Shown: piece by piece, positions 18,639 through 28,184 of the stretch
Position numbering within the stretch: the stretch's first letter is position 1
Layout: each line of letters starts with the position of its first letter
Source of the DNA: a virus
IMG/VR virus record: IMGVR_UViG_3300010371_000028
Coordinates: 1-64,000 of that record
Reading direction: 5' to 3' (one strand)
Length of the DNA stretch: 64,000 bases
The notes under the pieces: model-generated
Seen by the model: only the letters and a program-made list of their open reading frames with translations
Told to the model about the DNA's origin: nothing
Databases searched by the model: none
Translations under genes and position numbers: made by a program

Positions 18639-19606
18639 GACGCCGCCACCGCCTCGGGCATGCGCGGGAACTCTCGCACCATCAGGTCCGCGTCCCACTC
18701 GTCCGGTACGCCACCCTTGCGGTCCAGCGCACCGCTCGCCTTAGCCCACGCGGAGCCCATCTGCTTGACGAACGCGGGCACCTGGGCGGCACGCGCCTGG
18801 CTGACGACCGACCGGATCCACGACGGCTCGCACGACCTCGCGCCCGGCCCGGACTCGCCACCGACGATGATCCAGCCGATCGGGCAGGCCTCCTCGCGGT
18901 CGTACTCGAAGTACGGCAAGTCCAAGGACGGCGACTCGTCCGCGCTGACAGAGCAGTCCAGGCAGACCCGATCCCAACTCTGAAGGAGATCGGTGTCGTG
19001 GCCAGAGCCCGCGCGGTGTCCGAGGTGCAGATCCACGGGCCCGAGCAGCGGCTCGACCGACAGGAACTTCACCGCCGCCTTCACCTCGCGGTCAGCAAGC
19101 AGCGGGACCCGGATGTCGGCCCACTTCTGCGACTCAACCGACACGCCCACGTGCAAATTCGGGAGCGGCCACTGCGCGTAAAGCGCCCGTGCCGTCGCCT
19201 CGTCGCGGGCGGCCTCGATCAGGCGCTGACCATCGTGGCCGAGCAGGTAGTGCATGCGGCCGGCGCGCTTCGTGAGCAACTGGAAAGTGTGCTGCGGCGC
19301 CCGGGCCATCGTGGCGAACACGGCGGCGATGTGGGCGTCCGGAACGTCCTTGTGGAACATGTCGCTGAGGCTGTTGACGAACACGCGGCGCGGCTTGCGC
19401 CACGTCAGCGGCAGACCGAGGCGGTCTTCGTGGAGCAGGACGCCGGTCTTGCCGCCGATCTCGGGGCTGTCGAACTTGCGGTGCGCCATGCGGAACGGCG
19501 GGGTGCGGTCGATGTAGCACCGCATGCATCCTTCGGAAGTGCGCGTACAGCCACTGATGGTGTTCCACGTGGCGTCAGTCCACTGAATGTGGCTCTGATC
19601 GGACAT
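18635..19606 (-). CDS. DUF5131 (phage Gp37/Gp68) family protein
   Basis: IQWTDATWNTISGCTRTSEGCMRCY...VFVNSLSDMFH...FQLLTKR...FLSVEPLLG...WIIVGGESG. Confidence 0.9.
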   Translation of the reverse strand: MSDQSHIQWTDATWNTISGCTRTSEGCMRCYIDRTPPFRMAHRKFDSPEIGGKTGVLLHEDRLGLPLTWRKPRRVFVNSLSDMFHKDVPDAHIAAVFATMARAPQHTFQLLTKRAGRMHYLLGHDGQRLIEAARDEATARALYAQWPLPNLHVGVSVESQKWADIRVPLLADREVKAAVKFLSVEPLLGPVDLHLGHRAGSGHDTDLLQSWDRVCLDCSVSADESPSLDLPYFEYDREEACPIGWIIVGGESGPGARSCEPSWIRSVVSQARAAQVPAFVKQMGSAWAKASGALDRKGGVPDEWDADLMVREFPRMPEAVAAS

Positions 19607-19646
19607 TGGTCCCTCCGAGTTTGATAAGGCTGTTGTTGTCCCTCCG

Positions 19647-19681
19647 GGCGCCGCCCTGGTTCTAGAAGCCAGGGCGGCGCC
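19647..19681. terminator. 13-bp GC-rich hairpin in intergenic region
   Basis: ggcgccgccctgg ttctagaag ccagggcggcgcc. Confidence 0.6.
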
Positions 19682-19753
19682 GTGGCCGCCAAAAGGGGAG
19701 AGGCGGCCGTCCCAGCGCCGGCCGGAGGGGGAACCCGGCGCCGGAATCCTCGG

Positions 19754-20143
19754 CTACAGGTAGCCGCAACAGCCCGGCGACCCAGGCGTCCGCACAGCCC
19801 GCAGCACCGCGGCCATCGCCAACGCCGCGACCTCACCGAGCGCCTGATCGAACACGGCCCGCTCACCCGGGAACGGCAGATCCAACGCGCGCACGAACAC
19901 CGGCCGCGTCACATCCCAGCCCGTCCCCGACACCAGCACCCCGACCTCATCGACCAGGATCTCCACCGCGTTCACCCGCGCCTGGAACCCGGTCGCGCCC
20001 AGATCAACCAGGCGGGCGAGCACTTGGCCGGGAGCCAGAGCCTCAAGCGCGAGAGCCACATCCAGAGCCACCGACATCCCCAGTGCCAGACCCGGGCACC
20101 GGACCGGCCACGTCGGCACGTAACGGTCAGGACTCGTCGTCAT
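19754..20143 (-). CDS. Hypothetical protein
   Basis: 129-aa ORF with ATG start. Confidence 0.55.
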   Translation of the reverse strand: MTTSPDRYVPTWPVRCPGLALGMSVALDVALALEALAPGQVLARLVDLGATGFQARVNAVEILVDEVGVLVSGTGWDVTRPVFVRALDLPFPGERAVFDQALGEVAALAMAAVLRAVRTPGSPGCCGYL

Positions 20144-21056
20144 CGCTGGCCCCGCTGTCCCTTGCCGGGCTTGCGTCGCCGCTCAGCCCGGTTCCCGAGA
20201 AAGGGCGCCGCTCCCGCGCCCGCTCGTCGTCCTCATCGGCGGAAGACGCGGCGCCCGCGTCGGCCTGGGCCAGGTGCTCGAGCACGTCATCCATCGGCAG
20301 CCGCTGGGTATCGCCCATCCGCTGCTGCGGTAGCGCCGCCGCGGCGAACACCGGATCCGGTACCCGCGTCTCCAACGACGACCCGTGGTCCTTCCGCGCC
20401 GCCCGCTCGATCTCCGCCGGGATGTCATGGCCGTTCTCACGCAGCCGCGAGAAGATCGCCCCGGTCTGCTCGGTCGGAGTCTCCGGCGGCGCGGGCGGGA
20501 ACATCGGCGGCTGGAGCGGCGCGATCGGCTGGCGCTGCTGCGACACAGCATTCGACGACGCCAGCGACGCCGGACCGGGCGGAAGCGCCGGCTGCACCAC
20601 CGCGGCGTTCTCCAGCCGGTCCGCACGCAGATACATCGACTGCGCATGCTGCGCCGCGCCCGCCAGATGCCGCTCCAGCCGCACCGCATGCATGTCATCG
20701 AGCACATCAAACGGCAACTCACCCTGCCGGACCCGCTCCACGAACTCGCAGATCGCCGCGACCGACGCCGTACCCTGCTCCGGGCCGCCCGGGTCGTGCC
20801 GCAGCGCGTTGCCCGGCCGCAGCACCGTCATCTCCTCACGCCCGTTGACTTGATCCGACAAGATGTCGAACGCGTCCTCCAGACGCCGGGTGTCGGCGCC
20901 CAGGTGCGCCGCGCGCGTCCGCTCCGACCGGGCCACCGCCACGGCGTGCGACACGTGCGCCGCCGCCTGCCGCTGCTCGGCCGCATGCTGCTGGTTTGCC
21001 TGCGCGGCCTGGTCGTGCTGGTTCCGCTCGCGCTGCGGATGCTCAGTCATGGTCAT
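20127..21056 (-). CDS. Hypothetical low-complexity/coiled-coil protein
   Basis: ATG coupled to the upstream stop; Gln/Ala- then Pro-rich. Confidence 0.65.
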   Translation of the reverse strand: MTMTEHPQRERNQHDQAAQANQQHAAEQRQAAAHVSHAVAVARSERTRAAHLGADTRRLEDAFDILSDQVNGREEMTVLRPGNALRHDPGGPEQGTASVAAICEFVERVRQGELPFDVLDDMHAVRLERHLAGAAQHAQSMYLRADRLENAAVVQPALPPGPASLASSNAVSQQRQPIAPLQPPMFPPAPPETPTEQTGAIFSRLRENGHDIPAEIERAARKDHGSSLETRVPDPVFAAAALPQQRMGDTQRLPMDDVLEHLAQADAGAASSADEDDERARERRPFSGTGLSGDASPARDSGASDDDES

Positions 21057-21424
21057 CGGTTCTCTCCATCGAGGGTTTCGGTCAGGTCGGCCCGCTCCAC
21101 CAAGCGGGGCCCGAGGGTGTCGTTCTTGTGAGGCAGCTGCCACGACTCGCCCGGCTCGGCGGCCGGCGCGGCCGGGCGCTTCGGCATCGGGAAACGGTCG
21201 GCGTACTCGTCGGCGAGCGCCGCGTTCGCACGGGACTGCACGTAGCCCGCATAGGCGGCCTCAGCATCCGCGACGATGCCGTCGACCACGGCCGCGTCAA
21301 GCGCAGCCTGACGCCGATCCGCGAGACGATCCGCGTACTCCGCCAGCCGAACCGCAGCCACGACCACGGCCACCACGGCCAGAGTCAGGAAGAAGCCGGC
21401 GACATGATGCGCGAGCCAGGTCAC
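21053..21424 (-). CDS. Membrane-anchored protein
   Basis: N-terminal hydrophobic helix AGFFLTLAVVAVVVAAV. Confidence 0.65.
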   Translation of the reverse strand: MTWLAHHVAGFFLTLAVVAVVVAAVRLAEYADRLADRRQAALDAAVVDGIVADAEAAYAGYVQSRANAALADEYADRFPMPKRPAAPAAEPGESWQLPHKNDTLGPRLVERADLTETLDGENR

Positions 21425-22026
21425 GAGGCACCGCCGTTGCGTGCCTTGAGCAGGGCGTTCCGCTCGCGCAGAAGGATCCTCAGCGCCTCCCAGCGAAGGA
21501 CGTGGTTCGGCGCGATCTCCTCAGCGACAGTGAAAACGCCGACGTAGTGAGACAGGGCCTCCTCATGAAGCCGAATCTCGGCCAGCGCATTCGCCGCAGC
21601 CCACTCGCCGTCCTCGGCGCACTCGGAGCACGACGGATCGAAGGCGGCGTTCTGGTCGTCATGGACGTGCACGTCAACCGAGTCCGCGGCCTCGTCCACG
21701 CACGCCTGGCAGGACGAATCGAACGCGGCGTCGTGGTCGTCGTGAACGTACGCCGTGATGACCTCGGCGCTCGGCCTACCGGCGCGCCGCCCGACCGCGT
21801 CCAACCAATCGTTGACGTGATCGCCATCTCCGACGTAGCGGTCGGCAAGGCGCTCCGCACTGGCCGCGCCAGCTGCGAGGGTCGCGTGGACCTGCGCGCG
21901 GGCGACCAGCAACGCTGTCGTCTGCGGGTCGAGCGACGGCGCCGCGTCGCTCTCCGAACGCTCGAAACTGGCCCGGCTCAGCAACTTCTCGGCAGCGCGG
22001 TAGTGCTCGGGTCCGGTGAGAGGCAT
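21421..22026 (-). CDS. Hypothetical phage protein
   Basis: MPLTGPEHYRAAEKLL...ARAQVHATLA N-domain plus duplicated HDD..AFD.SC..C. Confidence 0.7.
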   Translation of the reverse strand: MPLTGPEHYRAAEKLLSRASFERSESDAAPSLDPQTTALLVARAQVHATLAAGAASAERLADRYVGDGDHVNDWLDAVGRRAGRPSAEVITAYVHDDHDAAFDSSCQACVDEAADSVDVHVHDDQNAAFDPSCSECAEDGEWAAANALAEIRLHEEALSHYVGVFTVAEEIAPNHVLRWEALRILLRERNALLKARNGGAS

Positions 22027-22973
22027 CAGAAACCTGCCTCATCCGGAGCGGACTCGTACGCGTCGGCCGCCCGCTTGCCGCAGTCGTCCTCGAAGTGGCC
22101 CGGCTCCATGCAGTACCCGCACGAGTCCGAAGGCGTCGCCGCCGCAATCGCGGGCTGCTCGGCCGCCTTCAACTCCTGGCCGCGCTGCACCAGCGCCGTC
22201 TTGAGCTCCTCGTCGAGATGCCCGGCCGAGAGCGCCTGGTTCCAGACTTCCCGCCACGCCTCGAGCGACGTCGCGGACTGCGCCAGCGCCAGGTAGTCCG
22301 GCCGCACGTCCTCGACGGCGGGCGCCTGGCTCATGACCTCGTCCACCGTGACCCGCGGCTCCGCGAAAGCCCGGCCATCCGGCAGCGTGTCGCCGTCCAA
22401 CTCCTCAGCCGCATACGGCATCGCGAACAACACGTCGGACGCGATCAGGCGGCAGATCTCGCCCGTAGCCCGAGCCGTCAGCATCGTCTCCGGCTGCTTC
22501 TTCCACTCCGGCTTGTTCATCAGCCCGAGGCCGATGGCGCGCGGAATGTCCCAGGTGACCTCCTGCCAGTCCTCGTCGTCCTTGCGGCGCCCACGCATCA
22601 CAACCTTCTGGGCCGAGTGCTCGAGCCGCTGCACCTTGTGCCCATGCGACTGCACGAGTCCGCGCATCGCGTGAGCCCGCAGCGCCGGCGTGCCCTGGAT
22701 CACGTCCATCGAACGGAGCGTCGCCATCGGCTGGAGGCCCAGTTCCAGGCCCGCGAGGATCGCGGCCATGATCTCCACGGGCTTGCCGCGCAGCGTGGAA
22801 GGAACGAAGGAAGTGGCCGCGAGGCGCGTCGCGAGTTCCTCGGCGCGCGTGGCCTCCTCGACCCAGTGCACGAGCGGGCTCGGCTGGGCGGCGGACCGCG
22901 CGGGCTGCTGCGGCAAACGCTGCGCGGGCAGCTGAGAGACGGGGTTTTCGGTGCGGATAGCCAGTTCAGTCAC
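22026..22973 (-). CDS. RecT-like single-strand annealing protein
   Basis: FVPSTLRGKP.EIMAAILAGLELGLQPMATLRSMDVIQGTPAL...PETMLTARA; next to an exonuclease. Confidence 0.8.
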   Translation of the reverse strand: MTELAIRTENPVSQLPAQRLPQQPARSAAQPSPLVHWVEEATRAEELATRLAATSFVPSTLRGKPVEIMAAILAGLELGLQPMATLRSMDVIQGTPALRAHAMRGLVQSHGHKVQRLEHSAQKVVMRGRRKDDEDWQEVTWDIPRAIGLGLMNKPEWKKQPETMLTARATGEICRLIASDVLFAMPYAAEELDGDTLPDGRAFAEPRVTVDEVMSQAPAVEDVRPDYLALAQSATSLEAWREVWNQALSAGHLDEELKTALVQRGQELKAAEQPAIAAATPSDSCGYCMEPGHFEDDCGKRAADAYESAPDEAGF

Positions 22974-23028
22974 GGCCGGGCCTTCTCACTGTCGGTTCGG
23001 GTAGTTGAGGGGGTGGGGTGCGTGGCGC

Positions 23029-23943
23029 TCACAGGTACTCCTGGGCGTCGCGCGACTGCGCCCAGCCGGGCGTATCGATGTAGGCGATCCCGGGCTCATA
23101 CGCCGGCCACTCGCCGGTCAACGTGCACTGCGCGAACAGGTCGATCGCGCGCCGGTTCTTCGCCGCCGCGATCATCCGGTCGATCTCCGGCACGCCGACG
23201 ACCTGAATCAGGTACGGCTTCGTCTTGCGGATGAAGACGAACAGGAACGCGACGTCCTGCGCGATCCCCAATGCCCTGATGCCGGACTCGTAGAAGTCCG
23301 CCTGCATCGGGTAGGCATAGTTCGCCATCGACTTAGCGATCGAATCGGGGTCCACCTCAGGGATCGTCTTGATGTCCGGTACGAGCAGTCGCTCGCCCTC
23401 GACCGCCTCGGGCAGCCAGTCCGGACGCGCCCGCAGCATCACGCCCGTCTTCTCATCCCGCCAGACCAGGCTCCGCTCCGCCTTCCCGCGCGAAGGATCC
23501 AGCAGCTTCGCCGCCAACGGATGCCTGCGCAGCGCGACGCACATCTCATGCGCCGCCTGGAACTGCGCCTCCAACAGCGGGATACGGCCCGACGCCCGGA
23601 TCTCCCGGCGCTCAGCCTGAGCCGCGTTGCCCACCCAGGACTTCGCCTCCACCGGCACGACCTCCGCGCCGTTCCCAAGAGCGATCGAGTGCACGGCCGA
23701 ACCGAACTCCATCGCGTCCGTCGGCGGGGACGGGTGACGCCGCTCGTAATCGAACTTCGCCGGACACGACGGCGCCAGCAACTTCCGCGCGCCTGAGGAG
23801 GAGAGCGAACCGCCCGGCACCATGTCCGCGTGATACTGCTCGAGCGTCAGATAGTCGTAGATGCCCGGCTCGGTGATCTCAGTGGCGCACTCGGCGTACG
23901 CCTCGAGCTGAGCGGCGGGCAGGTCGATGGCCTCGGCGGTCAC
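23029..23943 (-). CDS. PD-(D/E)XK exonuclease (RecE/DUF3799-like)
   Basis: SLSSSGARKLL...AMEFGSAVH...LRARPDWL...PDIKT...YPMQADFY. Confidence 0.88.
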   Translation of the reverse strand: MTAEAIDLPAAQLEAYAECATEITEPGIYDYLTLEQYHADMVPGGSLSSSGARKLLAPSCPAKFDYERRHPSPPTDAMEFGSAVHSIALGNGAEVVPVEAKSWVGNAAQAERREIRASGRIPLLEAQFQAAHEMCVALRRHPLAAKLLDPSRGKAERSLVWRDEKTGVMLRARPDWLPEAVEGERLLVPDIKTIPEVDPDSIAKSMANYAYPMQADFYESGIRALGIAQDVAFLFVFIRKTKPYLIQVVGVPEIDRMIAAAKNRRAIDLFAQCTLTGEWPAYEPGIAYIDTPGWAQSRDAQEYL

Positions 23944-24188
23944 GCGGCACCAACCAGCGTCCGGGACTCGACAGCCTCGACCACGCCAGCCAGATCACGC
24001 GCCGGAACCGAAACCCACGTGTGCCGCAGCGCATCGGCCAGGTCGGCGCGCGCGTCCACGTCACCATCAGCCGCAGCGTCGACCAGTTCCCGAGACTCCA
24101 AGAGCGCGGTGAGAACCGACGGGTGAGCGAGGAGGCCGCAGATCGCGACGGTGTCGTTCGGGCGAGACTCGGCGGTCACGGCGGTCAC
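23940..24188 (-). CDS. Hypothetical protein
   Basis: Coupled GTGA overlaps. Confidence 0.55.
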   Translation of the reverse strand: MTAVTAESRPNDTVAICGLLAHPSVLTALLESRELVDAAADGDVDARADLADALRHTWVSVPARDLAGVVEAVESRTLVGAA

Positions 24189-24712
24189 AAGGCCACCTCG
24201 GCAGGGAAGTTAGGCTGCGCGAACCCAGGCCACGCCGCGACGGCGGCGCGGTCGTAGGCGCGGGCGGCGTCTGCCTCCGACTCGTAGCGGCCGAGGAACC
24301 TCAGCCGGCCATCGACTCTGATCGAGGCCTGCCACTTCTTCTGGCTCCGGTTCCAACAGACGCCTTTATAAACGGACGACCACGGGCGGCCGTCCGCGCG
24401 CCGCGACTTCGGAGTGTTGGCGACGTTCTCAGCCCGCGTCGCGGGACGCAGGTTGTAGCGCTGATTGTTCAGCGCGTCCCCGTCCTCGTGGTCGGTGTCG
24501 AAGCCGGCGGCGGTACCGACGATGAAGCGGTGAAGGAAGACAGTCTTACGGCCGATGACCGTGTAGGCGTAGACCTTGCCCGTCTTGCTCACCATCGGAC
24601 GCCAGCGGTGCTCGGCAACCAACTCGGCATCCGCCTCATCGACCAGCGCCACGTAATCGCCCACGGGGATGGCCACGGCTCCGGGCGGCACGTCAGGCGT
24701 GTGCGCGGTCAC
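24185..24712 (-). CDS. HNH endonuclease with AP2 domain
   Basis: FLHRFI...DHEDGDALNNQRYNLR plus YKGVCW...WQASI...LGRYESEADAARAYD. Confidence 0.92.
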   Translation of the reverse strand: MTAHTPDVPPGAVAIPVGDYVALVDEADAELVAEHRWRPMVSKTGKVYAYTVIGRKTVFLHRFIVGTAAGFDTDHEDGDALNNQRYNLRPATRAENVANTPKSRRADGRPWSSVYKGVCWNRSQKKWQASIRVDGRLRFLGRYESEADAARAYDRAAVAAWPGFAQPNFPAEVAL

Positions 24713-25119
24713 CGGCGGGCCGTCGCTTCCGCGTAGCCGCGGTCGAACTCCTCGACCAGTTCGTCGAACCAGGCCATCGCGCGCTGCTCCTGGGCCTCGC
24801 GCATGTCCGCGAGCAACTGCTGCGTCTCGGCGGACTCGAAGAACGTGGCCAGCCGCACCTGACGCGGCAACTGGGCGAGCCGCTCGTCGATCGCGGCTTC
24901 GGCGTTCAGCGTGTCGCGCAGGTCGAACGGCGCGGTCCCGTCGGCGTCCGTGTACACCGTGTCGGTCACGGGCTTGCCGGTCTTGACCGACACGACGCGG
25001 CGGGTGCCGGGCTGCTCTGCGTGCTGCACGATGAACTGCGGGTTCTGGGGGGCGTGCGAAGCAGGGTTCTTGCGCCGGGTTGCGCGGGCTTCCTCGAGGT
25101 CTACGATTAACGCAGCCAC
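24709..25119 (-). CDS. Hypothetical protein
   Basis: AAGGAG SD before GTG. Confidence 0.65.
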   Translation of the reverse strand: MAALIVDLEEARATRRKNPASHAPQNPQFIVQHAEQPGTRRVVSVKTGKPVTDTVYTDADGTAPFDLRDTLNAEAAIDERLAQLPRQVRLATFFESAETQQLLADMREAQEQRAMAWFDELVEEFDRGYAEATARR

Positions 25120-25200
25120 CTGTACTCCTTCAAAGGTCTCAACTGGTGGTGATCTGCCGCCTTGCGCCCGGATGGCCCCGGGCCGGGCGGCGTTTTGCTG

Positions 25201-25479
25201 CTAGGCGGCGAGGCGCTGAAGTGCGCGTGCGACGTCGTCCCGGGTCGGGCCGGCGATCGTGGAGGGCGCGGCCATGGCTTCGGCCTGCCGGTGCTGGATC
25301 TCCTCGATCGCGGTCGCGTCGTTCTCGGTGAACTTGATCGCGGCGCGGGGCCCGTGGCCGATGCGCATGTGCGGCCAGCCGTTCTTGCAGCCCTCGTAGA
25401 CGGCGGCCCGGCCGCAGCCGAGGCGGCGCGCGAGTTGTGCGACGCCGAGGGCGGTGCGCTCGGGGGTGGCCGCGTTCAC
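25201..25479 (-). CDS. Excisionase-like HTH protein
   Basis: LGVAQLARRLGCGRAAVYE...HMRIG...IKFTEND; downstream of cro. Confidence 0.75.
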   Translation of the reverse strand: MNAATPERTALGVAQLARRLGCGRAAVYEGCKNGWPHMRIGHGPRAAIKFTENDATAIEEIQHRQAEAMAAPSTIAGPTRDDVARALQRLAA

Positions 25480-25835
25480 GCGGCGCTCGCCACTTCGGCG
25501 CGCTGTTCGACCACGATCTCGAAGAGCTCGTCGAACGCCTCGCCGGGGGTGGAGCCGATCCGGTGGGCGTGCAGCGCGGTCATTCGCGCCGCCATTTCGG
25601 CGCCGATCGGCTCGCCGGTCTGGACGCGCTCCCTGAAGTCGTAGGCGACTCCGCCGCCGGCCTTGGTCAGTGCACGGATGCTCGGGCTTCCGTCGGGTTT
25701 GCGGGGGATGTCGTAGGCGGCGTCGGCCATGCGTAGGAGCGCTTCGGGGCGCGCACGCAGGTAGCACCGGTCGCCGAACCCAGGGAATCCGCCCCTGATC
25801 CTGCGCTCGCCGTTGCGAGCCGGGGTGTTCGCCAT
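25476..25835 (-). CDS. Cro-like protein
   Basis: First gene of the early operon, divergent from the repressor; PSIRALTKAGGG...GAEMAARM HTH-like. Confidence 0.6.
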   Translation of the reverse strand: MANTPARNGERRIRGGFPGFGDRCYLRARPEALLRMADAAYDIPRKPDGSPSIRALTKAGGGVAYDFRERVQTGEPIGAEMAARMTALHAHRIGSTPGEAFDELFEIVVEQRAEVASAA

Positions 25836-26103
25836 AGCGAGCAATCTATGCCCATGACGCTCGCTCCGTCAAGCGGTCGGGCTTTCTGTAGCGAACTTGA
25901 GGGGTGCGCGGAATTTAACCGTGCGCGCGGGGCCGGGATGCGACCGCCCCTTGCGCACACTTACGTGCACTGAGACAGTGACGACGTAATATGCCCGCTA
26001 CCAGCGCTTTCGTGCAACATTGCATGCGCATGTGCCCGTGCCGACTTGCGTCAAAGGAGCGACGTCCGCCATGCTAGGCGCCGACCAGTTCGCTAGAGCG
26101 AAC
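25805..26103. promoter_or_regulatory. Immunity region with palindromic operators GYTCGC-N4-GCGARC
   Basis: GCTCGCCGTTGCGAGC 25805-25820, GTTCGCCATAGCGAGC 25827-25842, GTTCGCTAGAGCGAAC 26088-26103; partial site at 25881-25896. Confidence 0.7.
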
Positions 26104-26133
26104 ACATACGCCCGGAACAGCGAAGCTACCCTT

Positions 26134-26616
26134 ATGCCCGCACAAGACGACGCCGGCACCCCCCGCACCCGCCACTGGGGCCGCTGGATCACCGAGCAAC
26201 TCGACCGGCGCGGCATGACCCCCGCCGACTTCCGCAAGACCCTCACCGCGCTCGCCGGACCCGGCCGGTACAGCTCCGGCACCATCAGCTCCTGGCGCTC
26301 CGGCGACAAGGCGCCGAGCGAGGGCGCATGCCTGTTCATCGCACGCGCCCTGCTCCTGCCCGTACCCGAGGTGCTGCGCAACGCCGGATACGAGGAGATC
26401 GCCGCGATCCTCGAAGCCGAACCCCCGCGCGAGGACCCACGCCTCGCCCGCATCCGCGACGCCGACCTCAGCCCTGCGCAGGCCTCCGCACTTGAGGAGT
26501 TCTACCGCGAACGCATCGCCGACCTCGACGACCTGATCGAGGCGCGCATCAGCAGGATCCTCGGCGAGGGCGAGGCCGGACGCGAGGAGGAAGGCGACGA
26601 CGAGGACGCGTCCTGA
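26134..26616 (+). CDS. CI-like repressor (XRE HTH)
   Basis: WITEQLDRRGMT.ADF...SSGTISSWRSGDKAPSEG..LFIARAL; divergent from the early operon. Start uncertain (26071 or 26134). Confidence 0.85.
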   Translation: MPAQDDAGTPRTRHWGRWITEQLDRRGMTPADFRKTLTALAGPGRYSSGTISSWRSGDKAPSEGACLFIARALLLPVPEVLRNAGYEEIAAILEAEPPREDPRLARIRDADLSPAQASALEEFYRERIADLDDLIEARISRILGEGEAGREEEGDDEDAS

Positions 26617-28020
26617 TCAGACCGTGAGGTCCGCCAGGTCACGCTCGCGGCCACGGCTCATCAGCGCGGCCAGGTTCGCTACGAGGTCGTCCTCGACCTC
26701 CGGCAGCAGGTGTCCGTAACGATCCTGCGTGATCTTGATGGAGGCGTGGCCCAGCCGACGCGAGATCGCCAGCAGCGGGGCGCCCGACGCGATCGCCCAC
26801 GCCACCTGCGTATGGCGCAGATCGTGCACCCGCGGGTACTGCTCGAGCAGCCCGGCGTGCCCGCACCAGGTGCAGTCCCTCCGACGCACCGTGGTCGGGC
26901 CGCGCCGGGCGATACCCCGCTTGTGGTCCTGCTCCCGGCACGCCTCGCAGCGCATCGCCATGTAGCAGGCCGCGAGCCACCGGCCCGTGTAGAACGTCGC
27001 ATGCGAGAACCTGCCGCCAGACGGCCCCGTGAACACGAGATCCGTCTTCGCCTTCCCGGACAGCACCGGCAGCAGCATGTCGACCTGCTCCTCCGACAGG
27101 CGCACCCCGCGCCGCGCCGCCTTCGTCTTCGGCGCGCCCAGGATGTACGCGCCGCGCCCGTCCTGCTTCCACGCCCGCTTCACCCGCACCTTCGGCTTGC
27201 CGAGGAGGTCCTCGAAATCCCGCACCTGCAGCGCCGTCGCCTCGCTGTAGCGCAGCCCCGTACCGACGAGGAACCGGGCGAGTTTGCGCGCCATCGGGTC
27301 GAACGCGATACGCCCGTCGATCAGGTCGTACTCCTCCGGGGTGAGGAACACCATCTCCTCGTCGCCCTCGTCGTCCTCAAGCTTCGGCAGGCTCGTCTTC
27401 GCACACGGGTTCCTGGCGCGCAGCGGCGGATCCGCGTCCACCACCGACTGCATCAGCGCATAGAAGAGTCCGTGGATGTTGCGGACTGATTTGGGGGAGA
27501 GCGGGTCGCGCTCCCACTCCTCATCGCCGTCGCCCGCGCGACCCTCCCGCAACTCGCCGACCCACGCGCCGACCGTCAACGGGGAGATCGCGTCCGTGTC
27601 GGCGATGTCCGCTTCCCCGAACCACGGCAGGATGTTGCGTTCGAACAGGCGGCGGTACTTGCCGAGGGTGTCGGGTTGCACGCCGGACTGCGCCCGCAGC
27701 CACCGGTCCGCGTAGTCGGACACTGTTACCCCGGCGCCGCTCCTACCCGCGTCGGCGCCCTCCTGCGGCGCCGTCAGGCGCGCCATCTCGGCCGCGGAGA
27801 CGAACCCGATGCCGGGCAGGTAGCTCGGCGGCCACCGGTAGCCGTTGGCGGCGAGCGCGTTCGTGAACAGGATCGCGGCGTTCAGATCGCGTCCCGGGTT
27901 GCGCACCGGGTTGAACGTCTCCGTGACGGACTTGCCGGCGCGGTTGCCACCGAGGTGGAACTTCACCCGGTACACCGTGGTGCCGTCGGCGAGGGTGTGC
28001 GGCTTCGGAGTGGGGGCCAT
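26617..28020 (-). CDS. int: Tyrosine integrase
   Basis: LVGTGLRYSEATALQV, PKT, HDLRHT...ISRRLGHASIKITQDRYGH. ATG 28020 chosen (MAPTPKP). Confidence 0.95.
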   Translation of the reverse strand: MAPTPKPHTLADGTTVYRVKFHLGGNRAGKSVTETFNPVRNPGRDLNAAILFTNALAANGYRWPPSYLPGIGFVSAAEMARLTAPQEGADAGRSGAGVTVSDYADRWLRAQSGVQPDTLGKYRRLFERNILPWFGEADIADTDAISPLTVGAWVGELREGRAGDGDEEWERDPLSPKSVRNIHGLFYALMQSVVDADPPLRARNPCAKTSLPKLEDDEGDEEMVFLTPEEYDLIDGRIAFDPMARKLARFLVGTGLRYSEATALQVRDFEDLLGKPKVRVKRAWKQDGRGAYILGAPKTKAARRGVRLSEEQVDMLLPVLSGKAKTDLVFTGPSGGRFSHATFYTGRWLAACYMAMRCEACREQDHKRGIARRGPTTVRRRDCTWCGHAGLLEQYPRVHDLRHTQVAWAIASGAPLLAISRRLGHASIKITQDRYGHLLPEVEDDLVANLAALMSRGRERDLADLTV

Positions 28021-28161
28021 GAACGCAGTGTGCACCGGACCGCCGTGATCGTTCCAGCCCCGTGGGGAATTTGCCCCACGGATGAGGATAACCCGAGGAA
28101 ACATGAGACAGGATGAGAAAGGCTTAGCCGCTTCGACCTGCGGATCTGGCTGTGCCAGAGT

Positions 28162-28184
28162 GGTTCAAGTCCCCCCTCGGACAC
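28162..28184 (+). other. attP-like core: copy of the 3' end of a tRNA-Leu (T-arm plus acceptor half)
   Basis: GGTTCAAGTCCCCCCTCGGACAC contains a T-loop GTTCAA and matches my recollection of actinobacterial tRNA-Leu(GAG) 3' ends. About 140 bp from the int start; no 5' tRNA half upstream. Confidence 0.8.

Noticed and set aside
26614-26619. Back-to-back or overlapping stop codons at convergent junctions (also 37631-37634, 63875-63880)
   Set aside because: Explained by compact phage gene packing; no further signal.
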